A stretch of 64,000 nucleotides of DNA. Origin: an uncultured Gammaproteobacteria bacterium. Its GTDB lineage: Bacteria > Patescibacteriota > Patescibacteriia > Veblenbacterales > UBA10138. The notes beneath the pieces were generated by a model. The model had not been told where the DNA came from. It was given only the letters and a program-made list of their open reading frames with translations, and ran no database searches. Position 1 is the first letter of the stretch. Each line of letters begins with the position of its first letter. Where the stretch lies: positions 548,095 through 612,094 of the forward strand of contig CAYVOI010000001.1 of assembly GCA_964453605.1 (NCBI GenBank). Direction: 5' to 3'. Positions 1 through 9,332 of the stretch are shown one piece after another. The translations under genes were made by a program, and so were the position numbers.

Positions 1-1
1 C

Positions 2-571
2 CTCTTAAAGCAAACCAAACTATCGGAGAGCAAGTTCCAGGCGCTACTGTTCCAAGCAGTACAGGAAGAGGAGGCGGCTAACCGTGACATGACGTTGCTC
101 GAAACGCAGGTGCGAAAAAGACTAAACCTGCTTGGCCCTAGTGGCTTAAGCCAGTTCGGAGACACGAGTTTCAACTGGCCAGTCGACCCCGCCCGTGGCA
201 TCTCAACGTACTTCCACGACCCCGACTACATCTTCCGCAAGTATTTTGAACACCCCGGGGTAGACATTCCCACCCCCCAAGGTACGCCGATTCGCGCGGC
301 CGCCTCGGGCTACGTAGCGCGTGCGAAAGACGCAGGCTTGGGGTACAGCTACATCATGATAGTCCACAAAGGCGGCCTAGCCACGGTCTACGGCCACGTG
401 AACCAAATCAGCGTGCAGGAAGACACCTTTGTAACCCAAGGGCAGATCATCGGCGCCAGTGGGGGACTACCTGGCACACGTGGGGCAGGTCCCTTAACCA
501 CCGGCCCACACCTCCACTTCGAAATCCGCTCCAACGGCATTCCGGTGAACCCACTGGAGTACCTGCCGTAG
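2..571 (+). CDS. M23-family metallopeptidase / murein hydrolase activator, 5'-truncated by window edge
   Basis: HPGVD, YGH and GPHLHFE zinc motifs of peptidase M23, ending PVNPLEYLP; frame stays open to the window start. Confidence 0.9.
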   Translation, partial: LLKQTKLSESKFQALLFQAVQEEEAANRDMTLLETQVRKRLNLLGPSGLSQFGDTSFNWPVDPARGISTYFHDPDYIFRKYFEHPGVDIPTPQGTPIRAAASGYVARAKDAGLGYSYIMIVHKGGLATVYGHVNQISVQEDTFVTQGQIIGASGGLPGTRGAGPLTTGPHLHFEIRSNGIPVNPLEYLP

Positions 572-683
572 TAGCTGTAGAAGTTCAGGTAAGTATTTGA
601 CGTAGCGTAGACGTATGCTAGGTTAGCGTTATATAAAAACAGAAACTAATTAAGGTAAACCAAACAATCACAGGGGTAACGCC

Positions 684-1004
684 ATGAAAAAAGTTTTGCT
701 GGTTATAGAAAATGCCGAACTAGCTGAAGTTTACAAACAGGGTCTGGTGCAACGCGGCCACGAAATAATGGTGGTGGGGGACATCTCAGAAGCAAGCCGC
801 CAGGCGTACCTTGCGTTCAAGCCCGAGGTGATTGTGTTCAATGAGCACAATCCCGACGTCAAAGACCTAACACCACTCGAGCGGATGAATCGCCACAGTG
901 CGTTCGTAAAAGACCACTACGTGAGGGGATTCCCACCTGAGGTGGTCTACATTACCACCGATGTCGACTACGCCACGGTGCTCATCCGCTCGTTCGAAAA
1001 CTGA
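684..1004 (+). CDS. Degenerate response-regulator receiver-like protein
   Basis: KKVLLVIEN...KPEVIVFNE resembles the receiver beta1/beta3 strands; promoter-like TTGACG-16-TAGGTT at 597-624. Confidence 0.55.
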   Translation: MKKVLLVIENAELAEVYKQGLVQRGHEIMVVGDISEASRQAYLAFKPEVIVFNEHNPDVKDLTPLERMNRHSAFVKDHYVRGFPPEVVYITTDVDYATVLIRSFEN

Positions 1005-1021
1005 AGTAAAATCATTTCAAC

Positions 1022-1053
1022 GATAAGCCATTTCTATATAGAAATGGCTTATC
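1022..1053. terminator. Bidirectional terminator-like perfect palindrome between convergent genes
   Basis: GATAAGCCATTTCTAT|ATAGAAATGGCTTATC, 32 bp perfect inverted repeat. Confidence 0.7.
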
Positions 1054-1064
1054 TTCGTTGGTTC

Positions 1065-2024
1065 TTATGACTTTAGAGGGTGGAACTTCTTGTGTGTGCT
1101 CTCGGCGTACTTGTCGGAGGCGTGCACATAACGTGTGGTAGTGTCTAGCGACTCGTGCCCCAGGAGTACCTGAATAGCCGCCGGGTTGGCGCCACTCTCC
1201 GCCAGGTAGGTGGCAAAACCGTGCCTTAGGCTGTGAGCTGAAGTGGGCACGTTTATCTGCAAGCGCTCGCGGTAGCGTTTTATTTTCATTTGTAAATAAT
1301 TGGTAGAAATGCGCTTGCTTACCTTGCCGGCATTTTCACCGCGGTAGGGGATAAAGAGAGCCGGGAGTTCATCGTTCCTAAACTTCAGGTAGTTCGTCAC
1401 GTGTTTATGGGCGCGTGGTGTCAGGTACACAAATCGCTCTTTCTTACCCTTACCCATAATGAATATGCGCCCGGTGGCGTCTATTTGGCTGCGGTTTAAG
1501 CTCACGAGCTCCGAAATACGCATACCAGTGGCAAATAGCACCTCCAGCATAGCGCGGTTCCTGAGCACTACTGATTTATTTTTCTCAAGTGCATTCGGTG
1601 ATTCAATCAAACGGACGAGCTCTAACAGCTCAGCCACCTGCGGGTGCTTTTTCTCGGTCTTCACTAGCTTCACTGCTTCAGGCGGTAGGGGAGTGGTGTA
1701 GTCCATGGCAATAAGGTACCTAAGGTATGCCCTAAAGCTCGACAGCATGCGGTTAATCGAGTAACTCTTGAGGCGTTTTTCGGCGTGCTGGTTAGCACCC
1801 GTGCGGCGGTCTATAGACGTGAGGTAAGCTTTATATCGCTCGATGGCCTTTTTGTCTACCTTCGTAAAGGGGAGCTTGAGCTCGACTAAAAACTGCTGGA
1901 ACACCTGCAGGTCTCGCTCGTAGTTATAAATGGTCTCCGGCGAGTAGTTATTGGTCTGCAGTGAGAGCAAGAAGTCATCTAGGTGGGGGAGCTCTACGGT
2001 AGAACTGATTTTAGCTTTGGCCAT
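1065..2024 (-). CDS. XerC/XerD-family tyrosine recombinase
   Basis: N-terminal SAM-like domain; catalytic R (TGMRISE), K (GKGKKER), HSLRH, LGH and TTRY. Confidence 0.95.
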   Translation of the reverse strand: MAKAKISSTVELPHLDDFLLSLQTNNYSPETIYNYERDLQVFQQFLVELKLPFTKVDKKAIERYKAYLTSIDRRTGANQHAEKRLKSYSINRMLSSFRAYLRYLIAMDYTTPLPPEAVKLVKTEKKHPQVAELLELVRLIESPNALEKNKSVVLRNRAMLEVLFATGMRISELVSLNRSQIDATGRIFIMGKGKKERFVYLTPRAHKHVTNYLKFRNDELPALFIPYRGENAGKVSKRISTNYLQMKIKRYRERLQINVPTSAHSLRHGFATYLAESGANPAAIQVLLGHESLDTTTRYVHASDKYAESTHKKFHPLKS

Positions 2025-2040
2025 ATGCTGATGTGTTTTA

Positions 2041-2068
2041 ACTGAGTGTAAGGGATATTATACTCAGT
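2041..2068. other. dif-like recombination/binding site (11-6-11)
   Basis: ACTGAGTGTAA-GGGATA-TTATACTCAGT; inverted 11-bp arms with 1 mismatch and a TAA-N6-TTA core, 16 bp upstream of the xer start. Confidence 0.65.
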
Positions 2069-2286
2069 TTATCATATAGTAGAAATGCAGGCAACTAGGG
2101 CTACACGTAACCCTCTATCCTTTAAAGAAGGTGCGATCAATAAAATCCGCCTATACAAACGAAGTACACTATAACTTCTAGCATTCCTTGGCGTGTAGAC
2201 AACTGTAGCTCTGGTGGGGTAGTACTCTGGTCTGTACCATACAAATTTGCTCATAGCCGCCACTCCCCTGCTACCTTCATATAACA

Positions 2287-2315
2287 AAACACCCCCTGAG
2301 ACTCAGGGGGTGTTT
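2287..2315 (-). terminator. Rho-independent terminator
   Basis: AAACACCCCCTGAG-A-CTCAGGGGGTGTTT hairpin just downstream of the 2325..2558 gene. Confidence 0.8.
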
Positions 2316-2324
2316 GAGGTAGCA

Positions 2325-2558
2325 CTAGTAACGAGGCGGACGGCTCTTGCGTAGGCAGTCGCGACAGCGAATGGTGTTGAGTCTGGCTGGGTCAGGTTGG
2401 AACGGCAGCTGCGTGATAGCTACACCGCAGTCAGCGCACTTGATGTTCATGGCAGACACATCAATGAGCTGGCGAGGTGCGCGGTTGAAGCCACCGCCAA
2501 AGCCGCCACGGTTACCACCTTGGTAACCACCGCGGGAATTATCGTCTTGGTAGGTCAT
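2325..2558 (-). CDS. Small CxxC-x17-CxxC-type zinc-binding protein with RGG-rich N-terminus
   Basis: CADCG...LPFQPDP...CRDC; SD-like AAGGGGGTG upstream. Confidence 0.85.
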   Translation of the reverse strand: MTYQDDNSRGGYQGGNRGGFGGGFNRAPRQLIDVSAMNIKCADCGVAITQLPFQPDPARLNTIRCRDCLRKSRPPRY

Positions 2559-2664
2559 GGAGCGAAGTACACCCCCTTTCTGAGTTGGCTATTAGGACGA
2601 ACTTTCGCTTTATGACCTACGTGTTGGGTAAGCGTTTGACGAAACTCTATCCTAACTTGACTCT

Positions 2665-2693
2665 AGTATAGCATGGGCACCGTAGTCCGTCAA
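2665..2693 (-). promoter_or_regulatory. Sigma70 promoter for the CxxC gene
   Basis: TTGACG-17-TATACT with an extended TG. Confidence 0.75.
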
Positions 2694-3949
2694 TACACAG
2701 CGGGCGAGGTCAACTTCTCAAACACCTGCTTGAGCATGGTATCAACTCGGATAGTCCAGGTGTGTGCTTTAACAAACTCCTGACGCTTAACTACATCGGC
2801 CTGGCTCGTTTCTCCGAGCGCGGTTAGTACCTCATGGTTAAACTGCGCTGGTGTGGGGCCTACGTGAACGAACGAGCTAAACTCCTCTAGCCCAAGCAGT
2901 GACGTGGTAACAACCGGCTTGCCGAGGCTCAGGTACTCGTAGAGCTTTAGCGGGTTGGTGTGCCGATTAAACTCGTTCTGCAGGTGCGGAATAATGGCGA
3001 CGTTGAACTCACGCATATAGGCTAAAGCCTCGCGGAACGGTTTACGGCCAAGGAAGTGAATATTAGGCAGTGGCGGTATGGTAGCCCCGGCCTTATGACT
3101 AAGGCTTGGCCAAGTGAGGCCAGTAGCACCCACAATGGCAATGGATTTCGTAGGGTTTTGCTGAGCGAGATAAGAAAGCAGTTGGGTGTCGATGCGGTCT
3201 TTCTGTGGTGTGCCGACGTAGCCAATAATAGGACGCGGTAAGCTAGCGATATCGGTGCCGACAACCTTCGGTGCCTGGGCCACGTGCTCCAGGCTTACGC
3301 CGTTCGGTACAAAGGTGCAATGTGGTCGATCGAAAAAAGTTACCAGGTCAGACGAGGTGGTAAAAATAAAGTTGGCACGCTGACGTATAGTCTCGTAGTT
3401 CAGCTTCAGGCGGTCTCTGACCTTCTGGTAGCTCGAGTGCTCAAGCCAGTTATCAACTGCGTCAAACACTGAGGTGCGCTCACTAAACTGCCCAAAATAG
3501 CCTACAAAGGTCGGCAGGTACGACCACAGCACAAGGTTCTTGCAATCAAGCCGCTCGAGCTCACGGTGCAAGCGCCGATAAACAAGCGCTTCCGACCAGA
3601 CTGAGCTGACATCTGAGTACACAAAGAGCTTATAGGGCACACTCCCCTGCTCCACCCCTGGTAAACGGTAGCCAGTACGCTCGAGTTCGGCTTCGCGCAC
3701 CGCTACGAAGCGATGGGTTAGGCTCTGGGACACTACTTTTCCACCTACGCCACCGACCACGTTCTGCAGCCACTGCCTGAGGGCCCGCTTCCAGGTGAAC
3801 GGCAGGTACTCAACGTAGACCACCTTACGCACCCGCTCGTCTTGGAGCAGGGTGTGGAGCACGTGAAAGTTACGGTTGGCAATACCAGCCTGCCACTCCG
3901 TGTAGCAGGACATGCCAAACATCACGATGTCGATTTTTTCAGTTGCCAT
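2690..3949 (-). CDS. Glycosyltransferase, GT-B fold (GT4 / TuaH-like)
   Basis: VPNGV, PIIGYVG and NPLKLYEYLSLGKPVV motifs. Confidence 0.9.
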   Translation of the reverse strand: MATEKIDIVMFGMSCYTEWQAGIANRNFHVLHTLLQDERVRKVVYVEYLPFTWKRALRQWLQNVVGGVGGKVVSQSLTHRFVAVREAELERTGYRLPGVEQGSVPYKLFVYSDVSSVWSEALVYRRLHRELERLDCKNLVLWSYLPTFVGYFGQFSERTSVFDAVDNWLEHSSYQKVRDRLKLNYETIRQRANFIFTTSSDLVTFFDRPHCTFVPNGVSLEHVAQAPKVVGTDIASLPRPIIGYVGTPQKDRIDTQLLSYLAQQNPTKSIAIVGATGLTWPSLSHKAGATIPPLPNIHFLGRKPFREALAYMREFNVAIIPHLQNEFNRHTNPLKLYEYLSLGKPVVTTSLLGLEEFSSFVHVGPTPAQFNHEVLTALGETSQADVVKRQEFVKAHTWTIRVDTMLKQVFEKLTSPAVY

Positions 3950-5018
3950 AGAGGAAACGCCTTAAAGCAGCGACTTGAGCAGCTGGCGTAAACTGTGTAA
4001 CGCGCTTTTGACCTATAGCCCCGAGTCGCACCCGCTCAGCTTGGTCCCGGAGGAGCCTACCACAGGCGGCTAGAAGCTCCTGGTCTGTCTGTACTAGCAC
4101 GCCACCCTCCCCTACCGCCTCCGGCACGCCCGCCACCCGAGTTGCTACCACTGGCTTGCCAGCTGCCTGAGCCTCAAGGTACGCAATACCAAAACCCTCC
4201 ACATCAACAGGGTCAGGCTCAGGTGTCAGCACAAACACATCACAGAGCAAGTACCAGGCGGCCAGCGCTTGGTCATCCGCCCCACCAACAAAAACTACGG
4301 GTAAGTTTTGTTGAACGGCCAACTGCTTGAGTCTCTCGCCTTCGGGACCGCTGCCTACCACCACGTAAGCAAGGTTCGGAAACTCTTGCCCAAGCTGGGG
4401 TAGTATGGAGAGCACGCGCTCAATCCCCTTACGTTGAACTAGCCGCGCCACTGTCAGCAGGACCAACTTACCTTCAAGCCGATGCCTACGCCGTAGCTCA
4501 TCTAGTGCTTCGGGTGAAACTGCCATAGGTAAATCAAGCGATGGGTAGACTACAGCTGTGTGCTGTGGGGTGGCTCCTGCAGTTTCGGCCAATGACTTGG
4601 TGAATTCACTATTAGCTACCACAAACTTAGCGCGGCGGAGAACCTGCTTGGCCAGAAACTTTTTCCAAGCATTACGCTGGCTGAGTGTCACGTCGAGCCC
4701 GTGGACAAAAACCACGTACGCTTGCCCACGTAGCAAATGTAACAGCCAGAGCGCCGTACCAATAGGCAGCAGCTGCCCAGCGGCCACTACATCAGTCCCG
4801 AATTGCCGTTGCCACTTCGGCACACGCCAAAGTAGCGGCAGCCACCGTGGCCAGAACGGCCAGTCCCAACGCGTGCGCTCAACTTGTGGCGAGGCTACAC
4901 CCGCTACCGACGTTACCACCACCATGGTAGGGAGCCCCCGTACCAGACTGCCATAGTAGCGCGCTACCCCTCCCGTCGCAGGTAAAAAATCACTCGTAAT
5001 GAGCAACAGCCGCTCCAT
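3939..5018 (-). CDS. GT4 glycosyltransferase (mannosyltransferase-like)
   Basis: DFLPATGGV, VARLVQRKG and EGFGIAYLEAQAAGKPVV. Confidence 0.92.
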   Translation of the reverse strand: MERLLLITSDFLPATGGVARYYGSLVRGLPTMVVVTSVAGVASPQVERTRWDWPFWPRWLPLLWRVPKWQRQFGTDVVAAGQLLPIGTALWLLHLLRGQAYVVFVHGLDVTLSQRNAWKKFLAKQVLRRAKFVVANSEFTKSLAETAGATPQHTAVVYPSLDLPMAVSPEALDELRRRHRLEGKLVLLTVARLVQRKGIERVLSILPQLGQEFPNLAYVVVGSGPEGERLKQLAVQQNLPVVFVGGADDQALAAWYLLCDVFVLTPEPDPVDVEGFGIAYLEAQAAGKPVVATRVAGVPEAVGEGGVLVQTDQELLAACGRLLRDQAERVRLGAIGQKRVTQFTPAAQVAALRRFLYGN

Positions 5019-5021
5019 AGC

Positions 5022-6473
5022 TTACGTCTGACCTTCACGGCCAGGCTTGAGTACCTGCACTAAACTTACAACCTCCTCCCAGCGTATAGCTTTAAGCACT
5101 AAAACCGCGGCTGTATACACCACTACCCCGAGCGGCAGCAGCACTATGAGGTGTAGGCTACTTTTGGTTGCAACAAGCACAAGTACCATACAGAGCCCAG
5201 CGGCGGCAATACGCGCGAGACGCCCCGCCAGCCAGGCTTTAGGGTACATAATCAGCTTACGTACCACGGCCCACCCCAAGGTCAGCAACACAAGCGTACT
5301 ACAGAACGACGCCAGTGCGGCGCCGGTTGGGCCAGCTATAGGGATAAGCAGGAGGTTCAGCACTATACTGACTGCTGTTGCTAGTGCAATATTAGCCGTA
5401 TTGCGCTCTTGTCGGTTACACCCGGCGAGTAAGCTCCCCACGGGAAAGGTAAGGAACAGGAACATAAGGCTAAACATTAAAATCTGGAGTGGGACGATTG
5501 CCTCAGTGTAGGCGGGATAGAGCGCGCGAACCAGCTCAGGTGCGAGCACCACAGCGCCAAAACTAATCGGCACCGCGATAGCACTCAGGTACACGACCGC
5601 ACGGGTAAACGTGCTTCCCAACTTTTCCGGCGCCTGCCTAAAGTAAGCGCTAAACCCTGGGAGGAGCGAGGCGGAGAAAGCGGTGGGGATGAACTGGAGT
5701 GCGAACGTAACTTTATAGGCCACGCTGTAGAGCCCAACTGCCCGGTCACCCGACATCACCGAGAGCAACACGGTATCGATGTAGCCGTAGATGCGGAGGA
5801 GCACAGCGGCCAGAGCAAACGGCCAGGCCATGGTAAAGAGCTCGCGTAACCCCCCAAGCTGAAACAGGGGCTTAAGGCGAACAGCAAAACGAAGCCGGAG
5901 CTGCAGTAAAGCGTACAGGCCGTGCACGAGCACCCCAAACACCAACGCCCCCATAAACCACCTAAGGTCATGGGTGAAGCGGGAAACCGTGAACCCGGCC
6001 GCGGCCACCACGAGCTGCAATAGTATCGCCCCAATGCTCTCCCAGGTGAGGGTGTGAAACCCGCGGATAGTAGCGTACGTTGAAAGGATAAACGAATCTA
6101 CCACCATGACCACACTGGCTAGGTAAACCAGCTGACGCGTGAGGGCAGGGTACCCTAAGGCGTGTGCCACCAGAACCACCACGGCTATAGCAACAGCGCC
6201 CATAGCAACCTTAAACCCAAACACCAACCGCACGTAGCGCTCCGCCACGGCCGGCTGGCGCGCTACCTCACGGGTGAGCACCGAGGAAAGTCCAAGGTCC
6301 AAGAGTACTGAAAAAATCGTGGTGAGCGACAGCGCCACCACGTACTTCCCCACCGACTCTGGCCCCAGAGCTCTCGCTAGAAAGGTGAAATACAAAAACG
6401 AGATCACCTTTTGGGCGACCAGGGCGAAGGTAAAGTAGCTCGTATTACGAGTAAGCGTAGCCTCAGCCGGCAT
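5022..6473 (-). CDS. Wzx/MurJ-like polysaccharide flippase (MOP family)
   Basis: Many TM segments; ARALGPE..G.Y, DLGLS and VGLYSVAYK motifs. Confidence 0.9.
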   Translation of the reverse strand: MPAEATLTRNTSYFTFALVAQKVISFLYFTFLARALGPESVGKYVVALSLTTIFSVLLDLGLSSVLTREVARQPAVAERYVRLVFGFKVAMGAVAIAVVVLVAHALGYPALTRQLVYLASVVMVVDSFILSTYATIRGFHTLTWESIGAILLQLVVAAAGFTVSRFTHDLRWFMGALVFGVLVHGLYALLQLRLRFAVRLKPLFQLGGLRELFTMAWPFALAAVLLRIYGYIDTVLLSVMSGDRAVGLYSVAYKVTFALQFIPTAFSASLLPGFSAYFRQAPEKLGSTFTRAVVYLSAIAVPISFGAVVLAPELVRALYPAYTEAIVPLQILMFSLMFLFLTFPVGSLLAGCNRQERNTANIALATAVSIVLNLLLIPIAGPTGAALASFCSTLVLLTLGWAVVRKLIMYPKAWLAGRLARIAAAGLCMVLVLVATKSSLHLIVLLPLGVVVYTAAVLVLKAIRWEEVVSLVQVLKPGREGQT

Positions 6474-6921
6474 GGCCTCAGTATAGCCTATGACCTAACT
6501 AAAGGTAAGCGCCTAGAGTACCCCAAAGCCAAAATACCTAAATAACTTTAGGTATTTCAGGGTTACCACCTCATTGCGCCCGAGAGTGCAAGCGCTGACC
6601 AGGCGCAGAGTATGGGGAGTATGGTTGAAATTGAAACGGGTAAGCCCGTATACGTAACCCCCTCTCCCCCACCAGAGCCAACCAACACTTACACTAGCCG
6701 CCAGGCGGTGAACGCTGGTGGCTCAAAACCTGTTGGTAAGCGGGGCGGTACAGCCACCCCGCTCGAGGTGACCTGAGCACGACTACGCCCATATGAGGGT
6801 ATCGTGGTTAAGGGTAAGCCAGAGTAATCGGGTGGTGTTCTCCGCCACACAGTTCGTCCCGCCCCAAGCTACCACACCAAGTACCTAGGATGTGCCTTTG
6901 CTATGAACGCACCGTGAAGCC

Positions 6922-7950
6922 TTAGGTAGCAGTGCGCTGTTTCACTGCTGGAAGCTCCAACCTAACGTTGGTACCCTTCCCCGGCTCACTGTCAACGCGT
7001 ATTCTGCCTGCGTGGCGTTTGATAATTTCGCGCACAATCGCTAACCCCAGACCAGAGCCGGCACCCTGCCGGTTGGCGCTGGCTTTGTAGAAACGGTCAA
7101 AAATGTGGGGCAGGTCGTGCTGGGCAATACCCGCACCACTATCAGCCACGGTGAGCACCGTGGTAGACTGCTGCCGCACCAGCGTAACGCTCACCGTACC
7201 ACCCGGGGGAGTGTGGTCGATAGCGTTGCTTAGCACGTTCATAAGCATGCGCTCCAGAGCGCTGCCGTTACCCATAACCACACAAGGATCAAGTGTGCGC
7301 AGCTGCAAGGTTACCTCCTCATCGGCCGCCAGCTGCCGCAGCTTAGTGGTAACGTGGTAGATGAGCTCAACCATATCAGTTTCAGCAAATACCAGCTGGA
7401 GCTTGGGGTTATCGAGCCGAGCCAGGGAGAGGAGATCTTCTATAATCTTGGTCATCCGCTCAACCTCTTGTAGGTTACTCCGCAACGCAGCACGGAGCTC
7501 TTCGGGGTTATCAGTTTGCTGGCGCAAGCCGAGTTCAATATCAGTTTTCATGATGCTCAAGGGCGTACGCAGGTCGTGCGCCGCGTCAGCCGTGAACTGT
7601 CGGCGGGCGCGCATGGCTTTCTCGACTGGTCGCTGAATAACACCGCCGAAGATGTAGGCTAACGTCCCCACCAACAGAAACAGCCATAGCCCAAACATGA
7701 GCTGGGTGTGGTCGAGGCTGGCGCGCAGCTCAAGCAGCGTAAGCTCGCGTACCGCCAGATCAAGCCGCAGCTGACTGAGGCTATGCGCAATCTGCTGATC
7801 ACGTACGTAGGCAAACAAGCGATCCGTAACCAGGATGCTCAGACACAGGACGCCTATGGTGAACAGAAAAAACTTAAGACGGACGTTCGAAAAAAACTTA
7901 ACCCCTAATTCGGTAGCCAACGCCCCGTATCGTCTCCAAGAGTTTTTCAT
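6922..7950 (-). CDS. Sensor histidine kinase (HisKA + HATPase_c); start uncertain
   Basis: Two TM helices; ADAAHDLRTPL H-box; N, G1, F and G2 boxes. Confidence 0.95.
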   Translation of the reverse strand: MKNSWRRYGALATELGVKFFSNVRLKFFLFTIGVLCLSILVTDRLFAYVRDQQIAHSLSQLRLDLAVRELTLLELRASLDHTQLMFGLWLFLLVGTLAYIFGGVIQRPVEKAMRARRQFTADAAHDLRTPLSIMKTDIELGLRQQTDNPEELRAALRSNLQEVERMTKIIEDLLSLARLDNPKLQLVFAETDMVELIYHVTTKLRQLAADEEVTLQLRTLDPCVVMGNGSALERMLMNVLSNAIDHTPPGGTVSVTLVRQQSTTVLTVADSGAGIAQHDLPHIFDRFYKASANRQGAGSGLGLAIVREIIKRHAGRIRVDSEPGKGTNVRLELPAVKQRTAT

Positions 7951-8572
7951 GGGTAGAGTCATCTACCTTCTTACGCAGGTTCTTGATATGGACGTCCACC
8001 ACGTTGCTGAACGAATCAGCCGCAAAGTCCCAGACGTGGGCAAAAATCTGTTCCCGGTTTACCACCCAGTCTTTATTTAACATCAGGTACTCAAGGAGTG
8101 CAAACTCTTTGAGGGTCAAAGAAATTTCATGATTCCCCCGCCGGACTGCTCTAGTAGTTGGATCCAGCACCAGGTCCTTAGCCCGTAGTTCCTGCGGTAG
8201 CGACGCGCGCGGACGTCGGAGCAGTGCGTGTACCCGCGCCAGGAGCTCGCTAAACGAAAACGGTTTGACCAGGTAGTCGTCGGCGCCATGGCTCAAGCCT
8301 TCAATAATATCTTCAGTGCTATCGCGCGCGGTCAGTACTAGTATGGGTGTAAAAATGTTATTCCGCCGGAGATCACGGCAGATGGCTACACCATCTTTAC
8401 CAGGCAACATGAGGTCTAAGATCACCAGGTCGTAGTCCGCATGGTTAAGCTCCAGACGACGATATCCGGTGGTGCCGTCGAGCAAAAAGTCAACCGCAAA
8501 GCCTTCTTGCTCCAAGCCTTTCTTCAAGGATCGCGCTAGCTTTTCTTCATCCTCAATAATAAGAATTCTCAT
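7898..8572 (-). CDS. OmpR/PhoB-family response regulator
   Basis: IIEDE, LDLMLPG, GADDYLVKPF and wHTH ending TIRGVGY. Confidence 0.97.
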   Translation of the reverse strand: MRILIIEDEEKLARSLKKGLEQEGFAVDFLLDGTTGYRRLELNHADYDLVILDLMLPGKDGVAICRDLRRNNIFTPILVLTARDSTEDIIEGLSHGADDYLVKPFSFSELLARVHALLRRPRASLPQELRAKDLVLDPTTRAVRRGNHEISLTLKEFALLEYLMLNKDWVVNREQIFAHVWDFAADSFSNVVDVHIKNLRKKVDDSTHEKLLETIRGVGYRIRG

Positions 8573-8618
8573 AGGCGGGGGCTCTAACCTTAAGGAGTAG
8601 GTAGCATCCTGCTAGGCT

Positions 8619-8635
8619 ATGAAGTCTTCATGAAG
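8619..8635. promoter_or_regulatory. Putative OmpR-type autoregulatory box
   Basis: ATGAAG-TCTTC-ATGAAG direct repeat with an 11-bp period upstream of the regulator. Confidence 0.45.
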
Positions 8636-8774
8636 AACCTTATAGTCCCAGTATATACCTAAAAACGTTACGGCAAACCAGGGAGTTTCATGAATAAGCG
8701 GCCCTACCGCTAACCTTAGGGCTTTTTCAAATCTAAAAGCACCCAGGGCTCTCCCCGAGTGCTTGAACATCTTG

Positions 8775-9329
8775 CTAGCGCTTGCTGAACTGTGGTGCGC
8801 GGCGAGCTTTCTTGAGGCCGTACTTTTTGCGCTCTTTAACCCGTGAATCGCGTGTTAAGAAACCTGCGGTCCGGAGATTTTTACGGAGTTCAGCGTCAAG
8901 CTGGAGTATGGCCCGAGCTATACCGTGGCGTACGGCTACGGCCTGGCCGCTCTTGCCACCACCCTGCACCATAACGCGAACATCAACCTTACCCTCAAGC
9001 CCCGTGACCTTGAGAGGATCGAGCACTACCTGCTGGTAGTCAGCCGTTGGGAAGTACTTCTGTAGGTCAAGGTTATTCACCACGACCTGGCCCTGACCTT
9101 TGGGGAACAGGCGCACGCGGGCAATAGCAGACTTACGACGACCAACGGAATGTAAAAAGTCGTAAGAGTGCTTAGCTGCAGCTGCGGGCGCAGCATGACG
9201 AACGTGTGCTGGGGCACTAGGTACCACAGCCTTTTCGGCAGTCACTTTCTTAACGGGGTGAGCAGCAGCCTTCACAGGACGCTTGGGCTGCGGCTTGGTA
9301 GCTAACGGTTTCTTAGCAGTACTCGGCAT
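8775..9329 (-). CDS. rpsI: 30S ribosomal protein S9 with Lys/Ala/Pro-rich N-terminal extension
   Basis: [17 protein letters not shown] and [20 protein letters not shown]. Confidence 0.98.
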   Translation of the reverse strand: MPSTAKKPLATKPQPKRPVKAAAHPVKKVTAEKAVVPSAPAHVRHAAPAAAAKHSYDFLHSVGRRKSAIARVRLFPKGQGQVVVNNLDLQKYFPTADYQQVVLDPLKVTGLEGKVDVRVMVQGGGKSGQAVAVRHGIARAILQLDAELRKNLRTAGFLTRDSRVKERKKYGLKKARRAPQFSKR

Positions 9330-9332
9330 AGG

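Noticed and set aside
1065-2024. Prophage or integron integrase marking a mobile island
   Set aside because: Looks like a housekeeping Xer; no integron-integrase insertion, attC array, phage genes or flanking tRNA seen.
2072-2287. 71-aa minus-strand ORF upstream of xer
   Set aside because: No recognisable motif, begins within a terminator region; probably spurious.
6555-6900. RNase P RNA, tmRNA, group I/II intron or raiA identity for the structured region
   Set aside because: No GAGGAAAGUCC, no proper tRNA-like ends or tag peptide, no domain V or P7 pairing; only short, chance-level resemblances.
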